Below, piece by piece: positions 46,569-59,500 of a DNA stretch of 64,000 bases. The stretch is from NCBI RefSeq assembly GCF_009914755.1, contig NC_060925.1. One strand, 5' to 3'. The translations under genes were made by a program, and so were the position numbers. Under the pieces are notes generated by a model. The model was given only the letters and a program-made list of their open reading frames with translations. It ran no database searches and had not been told where the DNA came from. Positions within the stretch are counted from its first letter, which is position 1, and every line of letters begins with the position of its first letter. Source of the DNA: the human T2T-CHM13v2.0 reference genome, Homo sapiens.

Positions 46569-47314
46569 TGTGTCTAATATTTTTATTGGATTAGTCTGCC
46601 TTGTTTTACCCACTTCTATCTAATCATTCTTGTTTTCTTCAATGCTCTATTTTCATCTGGTAAAATTTTATTTCATGTTAAAATTTGTATTTTTTCTCTA
46701 ATATATTGCTTGCATTTCTTCTACTGAGTCTCAGATTTCTTCCACAAGATTTTTTAAAGCTTCTTAAAACACTTAATGTTTTGACCAAGTAAATGAACAC
46801 TCAAGAAATAAAAAATTCTTTGATGAAATAAATGTTGAGAAACCCATAAAAATTTTATAAACATCTTTGTGCCTAGTAATATGTTTAGAATTGATGGTAT
46901 ATGTATTATTATACATTGCAGAAAGCCGAAACTACATTTTTAAAAGATTAAGAGATAAACATTTATAAATCCTTATAATTCTTGTAAGCTACTTTCTATC
47001 TGTAACCTGTGATTATCTACAGATATAAAACAGCATGATATGGTTATTATACAGATACTTATGTTTCTGTAATTGAATTATTGATGAATGGTATTCAGTA
47101 GTGTACAATCTGAAAGAAATGTTATTCCTTTCTTATCCCTGCCTTTAGGACATGAAATTGACAATCCTTTCTCCTCCCCTTGATGACATTTTAGGTTGGG
47201 TTCATAACTTTTCTAGTTACTTTGATCTAAAAGGAAATATTCATCTTCAGATATTAAAGGTCTTAATCAGATCTAAATCAAAATTTTAATCTCTCATCCA
47301 ATTCCAAGTATTCC

Positions 47315-47735
47315 TCCTATTTTGGTTTTCTATTGCTACATATCAAACCACCTCAAAACTTAGTGGCTTAAAGGAACACAGTCAAATATTTTTCATGACT
47401 TTATAAAGAGTTTCAAGAGGATGGAGTGAGGGTGATTTATCTCAGCTACATGATGTCTGGGGCCTTAGCTGGGATGCCTACAGTGACTAGGGGCTGGAAT
47501 ACTCAGGATGGCTTCTTCACTCATATCTCTGGCACCTGGTGCTTCTTATTCATCTGACCTTTGCTCCATGCTGCATCCCATCCTTCATGGCCACTGCATA
47601 TGGCCTCTCTCTCTAACAGGATTAGTAAGTTGGCTTTCTTACATGCCAGCTTAGGGGCCAAAGAGCAGGAAAGCAGAAGATGCTAGACCTTCTCAATGGC
47701 TAGGCTAGGAAGTCTTAGAACATTATTTGTGTTGA
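47315..47735 (-). mobile_element. Old MLT1 MaLR LTR
   Basis: tctattgct....aaaccacctcaaaacttagtggcttaaa...caggatggcttcttcactcat. Confidence 0.7.
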
Positions 47736-47939
47736 TTTTTTCCTCAAGTAATTTCTTTTCAGTTTTAGGCAATAAATAGAAAAATAATAATATAGCAAGT
47801 TTTCAGAAAGTTTTTGCTTATTTTCCATTGTTGATGTCAGATTCTAAAGTTTTGGAAACACTTATGGATGTAAGTATAAATTTTTTTGAAAACAAAAAGT
47901 CACTTAAAATCATTGTAGAAGGTACTTTAAGAAGAGTAC

Positions 47940-48190
47940 AATATGTTGGTTAAGAGCATAATTTCTAGAATTTTGCTGCCCATTTCGATTCTATCTCTAC
48001 CTCTTACTGGTCATAAAACTGGATCAAGTTACTTAGGCTCTTAGTGCCTCAGATTCCTTAAATATACAGTGGAGACATTAATAGATTCTTCCTTTACAGA
48101 GTTGTTGTGAAGATTAAATAAAATCATGTGTGTAAAGCCGATAAAATATCTAGCCCTACTCAATGCTCAATCAATGTTAATTATTATTAT
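47940..48190 (+). mobile_element. MIR
   Basis: ggttaagagca...caagttactta..ctct..gtgcctcag.ttcct...gttgttgtgaagattaaat. Confidence 0.8.
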
Positions 48191-48600
48191 CTAAAACTAT
48201 CAATCCTACAGAATTCAGCCAACGAGGAAAATGAAAACAAAAACAAAAATGGTGGAAAGATGATCATTTTGTTACACATGAATATCCAATAAATGTGTAT
48301 AGATTATCACTATTAAAAGATAACTCGGTTGGGCAAATATTACAAAATTCAGCTATATGATATATCCAAGAGCCAAATATGAAATTAAACCCCAAAGAAA
48401 GATAACAAATAAAAGAATAACTAAAATATATATCAAGAAAATTATAACCAAATGAGAACTGGCAAAGTAAAACAAGACAAAGTAGAAAATATGGCAAAAG
48501 ACATTAGTAGACATAAAGGCCACTACATAATAATAATAATTTTTGATATAAAAATTATAAATTTCTATGTACCCAATATTGTCTCAACATAAATAAAACC

Positions 48601-48890
<290 letters not shown>

Positions 48891-51754
48891 ATTTATATAT
48901 TTATATAAATTTAAATGTAAGTATATATTGATATAAATATATGTATTTATATAATATATATTTATTAAATATAAATATAAGTATATGTTTATCTATAAAA
49001 CCAAACCATTGTGATTATGAATTTGTCAAATTTATCTTATAATTATCTTATTCCACATAATTATAAGAAAATTTGACAAATTCATAATCATAATAGGATA
49101 TTTTTAATAAACCTTTATCAGAAGTTAGTAGACCAAGTAATAGTGTAATGATCTTGAACAAAACTAATGGCTTGTCCTGGACCTCAAAATAGAAAATATG
49201 CATTCTTTTTTAAGGATACATGAAAAAGTTATAAACATTGTCCAGGTGTTAGGTCTCAAAAGAAGTCCCTATGAAGGTCAGAGTGTGCTCTCTGAACACA
49301 GTACATTAAATTCGAAATCAAGAATAGAAAGCCATTTAGAAAGACTCTCTGTATTGTAAACTAAAAAAGTACTGCTACATGAGAGTTAAAGAATAAATGA
49401 CAATGGAAATAGCAACCTATTTAGAGTTGAATGATGATGAAAGTTTTACTCATCAAAGTTGCCAAAAAAAGTTATGTAGAGGTTCATTTGCAGCTTAATT
49501 TGAAAATAATTGGGTTAAGCATTAACATAAAAAACTACAGAAAATTGACAAGAGGAAAGAAAAAAGATAAGATAAATGAATGAACTAGGAACCAGAGAGA
49601 ATCAACAAAAGCAAAAGCTAGTTCTTTACTAAGATTTAGACTGTATTTATAAAATTTTGTATACATAAAATATTGTCTTATGAATTCTCTGTCATAGGTG
49701 GAAAGAATGTAGAGAGGCGCATTCGAAGAGATGGGTTCCAGAATTTTTCCACATATGTTTAGTCTCTGTTATCATGTTGCCTAATCATATAGATGTATTC
49801 CTTTCTTTACTTTCCACTATTAGCTTGCATTCTGAGAAATAAGAAAATATTGTCACAATTGAGATTCACATGGCTTATGTAGTAAATAAATTTCCTACTG
49901 CATTTTCTTGAGCATGCTTGTCCTACTACAAAGTCAAAACAAAATAATGAAGGCTAAATTAAATATAAATGTACATATGTATATTTAATTCAAAATAATA
50001 CATTGCTCATAGAGAAATAAAGTAGAAAGTATACACCAGAAACCAAATTCCTACTTAGTGTGAGTTGAACCACATATGGTATGTTTCAGACATACATACA
50101 AGAATTGGTGGAATGTACCTAATAAATAACATTTTTCTTAAATTTCAGGGTTCAGGTTTTGTTTAGTTGTACCTTATTGTTTTGAAGCGACATTGGCTTT
50201 TTTTTTTTTAAATAGCCAAGCCTTTGACATTATGAAGAATACTGCCACCTATTTTATAATGGCAAGGTTACTAATGGGAACTGTCTTTCTGTGGATTTAT
50301 TTCATCTAGGTGCTGATCTGCTGATGAATTCTAGGGGAAAGATTGTATTTTATTGAGTTAGTTACATTTATATAACTGGAATTGCTGTCATTTTCTCCTC
50401 TATAGAACCTTAATTCCCTTGTTCAAATGGCTCAAAATAGGTTGCCATTGAAGGCTATAAAATAGGTGACAGAATGAGTTTTGCAGTCATAGAATATTCT
50501 GGTACCCTTATGTAATGCAATCACTTTGGACATTAAACTAAATGGGCTCATTATCTTTTCTTTTCAATCTGCTTCACAGTTAAGGAAAATGAGTATTAAT
50601 CTAGAAGAATGTTTTATTCTTTCTCAACTCAAAACTTGTACTCTGCCTCTTTTATTAGAATTAGCTCTGCTGTCATGACCTGAAGATTTCCAGTCTCATG
50701 AATTCATTACGTTGCCACTTTATTTTCAAGAACAAGCTATGTACCCTTTAGATTATATTTGAATAAAATTGGCTTTGCTAATTATTACCAAAAGAAAATG
50801 GAAAGGATTAGAAATTAAGTTTGGTTTAGTCAGTATTTGTTGAATATGTAATATGTGCTCATTGTTGTGAGGGAAAAAGAACCGTAAGAAATGCTTTTGC
50901 ATATTTTACTCAAAACTGACAAGTAATTAATTGTTCAAATCGATGATGCTAACTCTAAGTGCTATTTTGGACATTTTGACTTTTCTCTGGTCTACCAGGA
51001 GAATTAACATGGAAAGATTGGACTTTGGTTAATTCACACAAGTGCTTGGTGAGCACTCATCAATGATGGGATATAGTTGTGAACAGCACAGAGATAGTCC
51101 CTGCCTATATGATGCTGCAAGAACCATAGAAAAGAGTTTTAGAGGGAATAGTGTCTTCTACTGGAAGCAATTTCTGAGATGTCAAAAAAGTGACAACGAC
51201 TAATGTACTCTTCTATGCTCGGGAGACTCTGAAGGGGAGACCTGTGATTATAGGCATGTTCTGCCTTGTCTGTGTTTGCTCAGTGAGAGAAACATGAGTG
51301 ATTGATTTCCAGGCCTGAAGGGGCATTTGACTCAACATTTGTCAAATGCTCCCATTCAGGTTCTCATCCTACACTGGAATAAAACACAATTTGTTTATTA
51401 AATCAATGCAAAAATGAGATTGTGGTTAAAACACAGTAAACCTATGCCATTCTTTGGGGCACATATTTTTCTTCTAAAGTGAAAAAAATTCTGGTGTAAC
51501 TAGGGAATACTTACATTAAATCAATACCCTGCTGTTAAAACTAAGTTCTACAGAATGAATATACTACAAATATTTCACCAAGAAAAAATAATTTGAGCTG
51601 AGCTCATACATTATTATAACACTATATTATTTTTAGGTGTGAGTAAAATAAAACTGGTGGCATTTCCTTGCACATGGTAGCTTTCCTGTATATTGTATAT
51701 AAAAATATATATACAAAAGGTACACGTGACTTCTTAGAAGTCTTTCTATATATA

Positions 51755-51995
51755 AGGTGTTGAAGATCTTATTTTGTACCAGCGACTTTGCTCAGTGCTT
51801 TACATGTATGGTGCTGTTTAATCTATGCATTTATTTAAACATTACAGCAACTCATGAAATAGGGACTATCATCAGTGAGATTTTGCAGATGAAAAAATTG
51901 ATGCTTAAAGAAATAAAACAACATATTCAATTTCACAGAACTATTCAGTGGCTGGTATTGGCTTTTAGATCAGATCTGCCTAATTACAAAACCTA
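51755..51995 (-). mobile_element. MIR
   Basis: agtgctttacatg...attttgcagatgaaaaaattga.gctta. Confidence 0.6.
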
Positions 51996-52004
51996 TTTTC
52001 TTCT

Positions 52005-52302
52005 TTTACTTCTTTTTAGAAATAGGGCCTCGTTCTGTTGCCTAGGAGCATAGTGTTGAGATATCGGCTCATTGCAGCCCTGAGTTCCTGGGCTCAAGTG
52101 ATCCTCCCACCTAAGCTTCCCCAGTAACTGGGACTACAGGCACCCTCCACATGCCTGGCTATACGTATATTTCAATTTTTTTGTAGAGACAGGGATCTAG
52201 CTGTGTTGTTCACACTGGTCTCAGACTCTTGGCCTCAAGCAACCCTCCCACTTTGGCCTCCCAAATTGTTGGGATTACAGGCATGAGCCTTTGTGCCTGG
52301 CC
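52005..52302 (-). mobile_element. Alu (AluJ-type)
   Basis: Diverged antisense Alu. Confidence 0.9.
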
Positions 52303-53284
52303 TCAAAGCCTATCTTCTTAGCCATCCTGCTATAAGGTTTAAAATTATATTAGTCTAACTATAGTTCACCCTTCCTTCTGCTCCCACAATGTTTTTGCTC
52401 CTAATTAATTCATAGCCTTGGAGATTTTGCAGATCAAAAGTTAAGACTTGGCATTTTGACCTGCAAAACACTTATTGACCCTCATTAGTATTTATTGGTG
52501 CCAACTACTCTAGATGGCCCTATTTTTACTGATGTGTATTGATAGCTACCATTACTTGAAGAGTATTTAAAATGAGTCTGAAGTCTATACAAAGAATCCT
52601 TGCACCATATAATTAAAACACCTAATACACCTTTATATGACATCAGGGCATATCATATATAATCTCTATTTTTCTTCTCCCCCAAATCTGGTTTACCAGT
52701 TTTATTTTCTCCCCGCCCCATGTCCACACATCTTATGCTCTTGTAGTGCTTTCAATGACTTGATATTATGGAAACTTTCTGGGTTTTTTCCCAGAGCAAA
52801 ATTATCCATCTGATGGTCCATTATCCAAATCTATAATGAATTACAGACCTGGTATATTTACTTTGTATATTGTTTGTAAGTTTTTTTTTTTTTTGAGCCA
52901 ACAGTTCAAACCCAGGAAATTTTATATAAAAATCTGGATCCTAATCATAATCTGGCAGCACCGGGTCTAAATTTTTGCATGCTATTATAATAATGGCCTA
53001 GCTCTACTTAGTAGGTGCCCCTTTAGATAGTGTGAGTCCTTTTTCGTTTGCTGTAGACATATCACTCGCAATTGACTTTCCAATTCTAGGTCAAATGCTA
53101 GTTATCATTCATATTGTGCGTACATTGTCAGTTTCTCATTGTAGAGAAGTCTTTCTCTATATTATGTTTCAAGAGAAGGAAAATGGAATATAGACCCAAA
53201 GGTGTATGTCCTTCAAAAAAAATGGAAGAAAGCATATTTGTCTTTACATATACAGAATATTCAGCAATCTTTAAAATGCAATCA

Positions 53285-53598
<314 letters not shown>

Positions 53599-53791
53599 GT
53601 ATTCCTTATACCAATATTTTTCACTGATTTATGTTACCTCCCTGGTGATGGAGTTTATGATTTTGGCTTTAGAGCAAGCCTAAAAAAATTCACAAACTCT
53701 CAAGAACTAACAAAAAGAACAAAGGCTGGAGTTACCCATGTTCTCTTTGGCTCAGTCTAATTTCCTTTAGGGTCATTCATATTCTTCGAAG

Positions 53792-54099
<308 letters not shown>

Positions 54100-55564
54100 T
54101 CGAAGTTTTAATGTGTAAGCCATGAACTTAATTGAATCACCAAGCAAAATTTATTTGTGAAGAATAATGTGTAAAGTAGGCCCTTTTATTATTACCTTAT
54201 CTTTAAGAAGTTTCTATATTTTCTCTCAAATTCAACAAAATATTTATCTTATCTATATTATTCAGCATTCACCAATTTACCTTTCTCTTTTCTTCTTTGC
54301 TAACAATAGCCTTATTCTTTTGAGGCATCAATAAATCAATGAAAAATACTCATACTCATCTCTCAGAGTCCCCTGAAGTTAGGAGTAGCCACACAACCAA
54401 AATAATGAGATGTATGTGGAATTCTACTGGATGGAAGGCTTCTGAGAAAGCCATTTTTTTTTTTTTGGTTGATATTAAACTCAGCCTCAGTTAATGTGCT
54501 TCTTTTTTTGTACATTACCCTTAATCTTAATCTTGCCTAAAATGAATATGCAGCTTCTGAAGATAGATGAATCATTTTTTGATTATAAGGACAAAAGTCA
54601 CATGCTAAAGTTGAGTAAGAAGAAAGCTAGATGGAACTTGAGTTCTTCACACTTTATGGAGTTACTATGTCAGACAGTTTACCCACTTTCATACTTCCAT
54701 TGCTTGAGAAAAATATTTCTCTATTTGATTAAGCTTCTAGTCAGTTTTCTGATGTATGCAGCCAAATGCAATCCATAACTAATAAAGAAGCTGAAATCTG
54801 GAAACGGATTGCTGCAAATAACAGATCCTAAAATGTAGAGAAAATGGAGCTTTGGGAAGCAAAATTCTGAGAGAGAGAGACCAAGTCTGGATTTGGCCTA
54901 TCTGTAAGCTAGAGTGGCAAACTCATCCATTTTCCTGAAACTATTTTTCCAGTCTTAAAATTGAAAGCTCTACATCCTGGGAACCATCTTAGTCTTGGGC
55001 AAATGAGATCCTTTGTCAGTTTACTGCTAGTAGGGGTAGAAGGAATTAGAATTTCAATAGAGGAGACACTCTTTGTCCAGGCCTGAAATCTGCATTTGTT
55101 CAGGCCTGCAATCTATGTTGACTGAAAGCTTTTCAAAGATAAAAATGCCACTGTTTCTGTATCCATCACCAAAGTCAATGCAAGCAAAGCTGCACTCTTT
55201 GCAAGAGATTATACTGGTGCCCCAAGCCTCTCTGGAGACATTTTAAGGTGACATCTACACATAATCTTCGGTTGTGGTTACAAGTCATTGAACAGAAGTA
55301 ATGCTTGATTTCTGAGGGAATTCCACTGCCAACAATATACAAAGTTGGCAAGTTACAGTCTGAATATTCAACTCCTAGGGCTATCTGTGGGTCTGCCAAA
55401 CATATACCATGTGCAGGTGTGCTGTGAAAATCGTGCGGCTCCAGTTAAGGCATTTTCCATAATGTATACTTCATGTACAGCCTGGAAAGGTAAGAGATGC
55501 AGAGAATCCCCTTGGGAGTAGAATTAAGATTCATGGAGGGCAGTGGACAGAGAGAGGACTTAGA

Positions 55565-55882
55565 GATGCATTGTCTATATAGTTGTTGTAGTCACTAGCT
55601 ATATGCGGCTATTGAGCACTTGAAATGTGACTATTCCAAATTGAGATGTGCTATAAATGTAAAAAATACACTAGCTTTCAAAGACTTGGTATTAAAAAGG
55701 ATATAATACATATAATTAATACTTTGATCATGTTGATTATAAATTAAGATTTTTGATGTCCTAGGTTAGATGAATATATTGTTAATATACCAACTTATTT
55801 TTTAAGTGAGAATTCTAGGAAATTTGAAATTACATATGAGGCTGGCCTTTGTGGCTCATGCTATATTTCTCTTGGACGGTGT
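55565..55882. mobile_element. MER33-like hAT-Charlie element
   Basis: gtcactagctatatgcggctattgagcacttgaaatgtg...ctatatttctcttggac. Confidence 0.75.
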
Positions 55883-57208
55883 TGACTTACAGCATAACTA
55901 GATGTAGAACTGGCAGATGGAATATTCAAAATTTTACTCTATTGCAGAACAGGGAGTTCTTGTTATTCTTACTCAGAATAATTTAATATTTCCTATGGAT
56001 AAGTGACTGCTGTATGTTTCCTGTTTTCCCTTCTGTAGAGTGTTTTGACTTTGGTTACTCCTTTTTTGACTCATCTGTTAGTTTATTAGACGCACTTAGT
56101 TCATTAGTCATTATATTTGACAGAGATCATTGAATATCTCCAAGCAATCCCTTCACTTCAGCTGGGTGCAAGAAGCTGATGAGACTTCGAAGTTGTTGCA
56201 CAGGAGAGAGGATAAGCATTTGCTGTGACAGGCCATGTATGCATGGATATTGGACAGCCAAAATATTAAACTGAGGAAAACACTGTAGTCTGCTATGTAT
56301 CCATTCCCTTCACTTTTCTTACTACCAGTCCCCTAATTTTTATGGAGTTATCACACGCTCAGTTAGAAAATATGTACGTTTTAAGCCTCCTTTGCAACAG
56401 GGGTAGTGATGTGACCTAGTTCTGGCCAACAAGATGTAAGTGAAAGTCTACGTAGTTTCTGGGAAAATTATTGTTTTACTGATTAAAAAGAAATATGTGC
56501 TTGGAGGGCACACAGTTCCTTCGTCCATACTTCTTCCCGACTGGAATAGAGAATATAGTTGTCTGGAGGGGGAATTTCAGTTTCCAGTCCAGCATATAAG
56601 GGGCTTAGAAATGTTGCTCCCATCTACACACAAAAAAGCTGAACAAGCTGGAAATCAAAAACTCTTCTTAGATCCATCAGAGAATGGAAGTTGCAGGGCA
56701 TACTACTGTTTCCAAAATTGGAGAGACAGACTAGCAGATTCAGAGAATCACAGATTACTGGAACAAAAGCTCATGAACAGAAACCCCCATGGGAAACAGT
56801 AAAAGTAGGAAAGCCTAAACTGTAATGGATGAACTGTTTTAGTACGGACAGTTAAAAATTCGTGGGAGCCCAGTCTTAAAGGGGCTTTCACATTTTTGTG
56901 AGTTTTGCTTCTAGGAGCTCTACCAAATTCTCACAGTGATTGGAGGGAAATCCTCTTGTGCTTCCTGCAAGGAGAGGGGAAGGGTAGCTATTTTGAAATA
57001 TGCCCAGAATATTCTGTTCTTTTTAACAAGGATGGTCCTCAAAAGCAAATATTTCATCAGAATCTAACTGACTGAGGTTTTACCAGAGCCTGACCAACCT
57101 AGGGGATTTAGAGCTGCATTGTCTAAATCCCCTAGGGAAAGGGAACTCTCCAACTGTAGCCTTCTCTAGCATTCCAAGTGGAATAAGGGAAATGCTCAAC
57201 TCTAGCCC

Positions 57209-57624
57209 TATATTCATTTGTTAGGGTTGCCACAACAAAGTACCACAGACCTAGTGGCTTAACCAATGGAAATTTATTGTCTCATAGCGCTAGGGGCTAG
57301 ATGTTCAAAATTAAGGCATCAGCAGGGTTGGTTCCTTCTAAGGGCTTTAAGGAAAGAATTGGTTTCAGGTCTCTCTCCTCGGCTTATAGATGACCATCTC
57401 CCGCCATATGTCTTCATCATCTTTCCTCAATGCATATCTCTCTGTTCAATTTCCTCCTTTTTATTAGAACACTAATCATACTGGATTAGGGACCATCCTA
57501 ATGACCTCATTTTAACTTGATTACCTCTGTAAAGATAAAATCTCTAAATAAGGTCACATTCCAAGGTACAGGGGCTAGGATTTTAATATACGAATTTCAG
57601 TGGGATACAATTTAAGCCATAACA
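57209..57624 (-). mobile_element. MLT1B/C-type solo LTR nested in L1
   Basis: caaagtaccacagac..agtggctt...ggattaggg.ccatcctaatgacctcattttaactt; 5-bp TSD agccc. Confidence 0.85.
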
Positions 57625-58420
57625 AGCCCTTCATAGCCTTCCACATGGGGAAAGGAAACACTCAACTATAGTCCCCTCTAGCCTTCCATGTCTCACTTAA
57701 GTTGGGGGTACTGAGAAGCACTTGTGAAGGTCACTACCTAGAGGCATAGGCTCACGAAAAGATTGAGATTTAGTGATAAAACTAGAGAATCCTTCCCCTC
57801 ACCCCATACCTTACTGTCATATCAACAGGGCTCTGGTATAATAACATGGGAATACAACTGAAAGAACTGCACATCTCTGATCTTATTTAACATGTCTCTG
57901 GAGGGCCCTACACATAACAGGGGAGACAAAAATAAGGACATCCAAGAAAATTTTAGCCTTTGACACCAATAGCCACAGCAGACAGTAAACAAAACCTAAC
58001 TTGCAGCTGGGTAAACATAAAACTTCACATTAAAGAACTATTTATGTCAATACCTTTTACCCAGTACATTATGGCCAGCTTTCAACAGAAAAAATCACAC
58101 AGCATACTAAAGAACAAATAATGTAGTTTGAAGAGACAGAGCAAGCATCAGAACCAGACTCATATATGGCTGTGATAAACATATAAAGTCATTAAAACAA
58201 TGATTAATATGCTAGGGACTCTAATTAAAAAAGTGGACAACATACATTAACAGATAAATTATCTAAGCAGAGAGATGGAAAAGCTAAGAAAGAATCAAAA
58301 GGTAATGCTAGAAATTAAAAACATTATAAGAAAACTGAAGAACATCTTTGATGGGCTCATCAATAGACTGAACACAGGCAAAGAAAGAATCACTGAGCTT
58401 GAAGAAATTTCAGTAGCAAC

Positions 58421-58789
58421 TGTCTTAGTTTGTTTTCTGTTGCTATAACAGAATGTAGCACAGACTGCGTGATTTATAAAGAAAATAAATTTTTTTTTCA
58501 CATTCTGGAATTGAGAAGTCCAAGGTCATGGCAGCAGAATATGGTGAGAATATTCATACTGAATCATAACATGGTGGAAGACATCACATGGTGAGATGGT
58601 AAGAGAGTGCATGTCAGCTGAGATCTTTCCTCCTTTTCTTATGAAACCACCAGTCTCATCATGGAAATTGCACCCTGATGACTGTCTAATCCTAATTACC
58701 CCCACAAAGGCCCCACTTCTAATCAACATGTGAATTTGGGGATTAAGTTTCCAACATTTAATTTGGGAAACACATTGAAATCATCATAA
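58421..58789 (-). mobile_element. MST-type solo LTR nested in L1
   Basis: tgtcttagtttgttttctgttgctataacagaat...gggattaagtttccaaca. Confidence 0.85.
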
Positions 58790-59390
58790 CAACTTCCAAA
58801 ACTAAAATACAAAGAAAAAGTATAATGAAAGATGGAAAAGAATATTCAAGAAGGTGTAACAATTACTGAATGTGTAACATACATATAATGGGAATAGAAA
58901 AAAAAGAAATAGAAAAAATATTTAAGTAATAATGACCAAGAATTTTCCAAAATTAATGATAGACATCTAATCACAAATCCAGAAAGCTCAGAGAACACCA
59001 AGCAGGATAAATACCAAAAACTTCTACACCAAGACATAAACTCAAACTCCACAAAGTCAAAGAAAAAAAAATCTTGAAAGGCATCAGAGAGAAGATAAAA
59101 ACCCAGCTTACTTCTAGAGAAGCAGGAATAAGAATTACTTGGGACTACTCTTCAGAAAACATTCAAGCAAGAAGAGAGTTGAGGGAAACATTTCAAGTGT
59201 TGGAGAACAAAACACAACACCTACCAATCTAGAATTCTGTATCCAGTAAAATTATCCTTCAAAATTGAAGGAGAAATAAAAAGACTTTGTCAGACAAATT
59301 GAGGGAATTTGTTACCAGAGACCTTTTCTTACAAGAAATGTTAAAAGAAATTCTTCAGAAAGAAGGAAAATGATATAGGTCAAAAACTTG

Positions 59391-59500
59391 TTAATGGGTG
59401 CAGCACACCAACATGGCACATGTATACATATGTAACAAACCTGCACGTTGTGCACATGTACCCTAAAACTTAAAGTATAATAATAATAATAAAATGAAAA
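59391..59500 (+). mobile_element. Very short young L1PA 3' tail insertion
   Basis: ttaatgggtgcagcacaccaacatggcacatgtatacatatgtaacaaacctgcacgttgtgcacatgtaccctaaaacttaaagtataat; TSD aaaaacttg. Confidence 0.92.
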
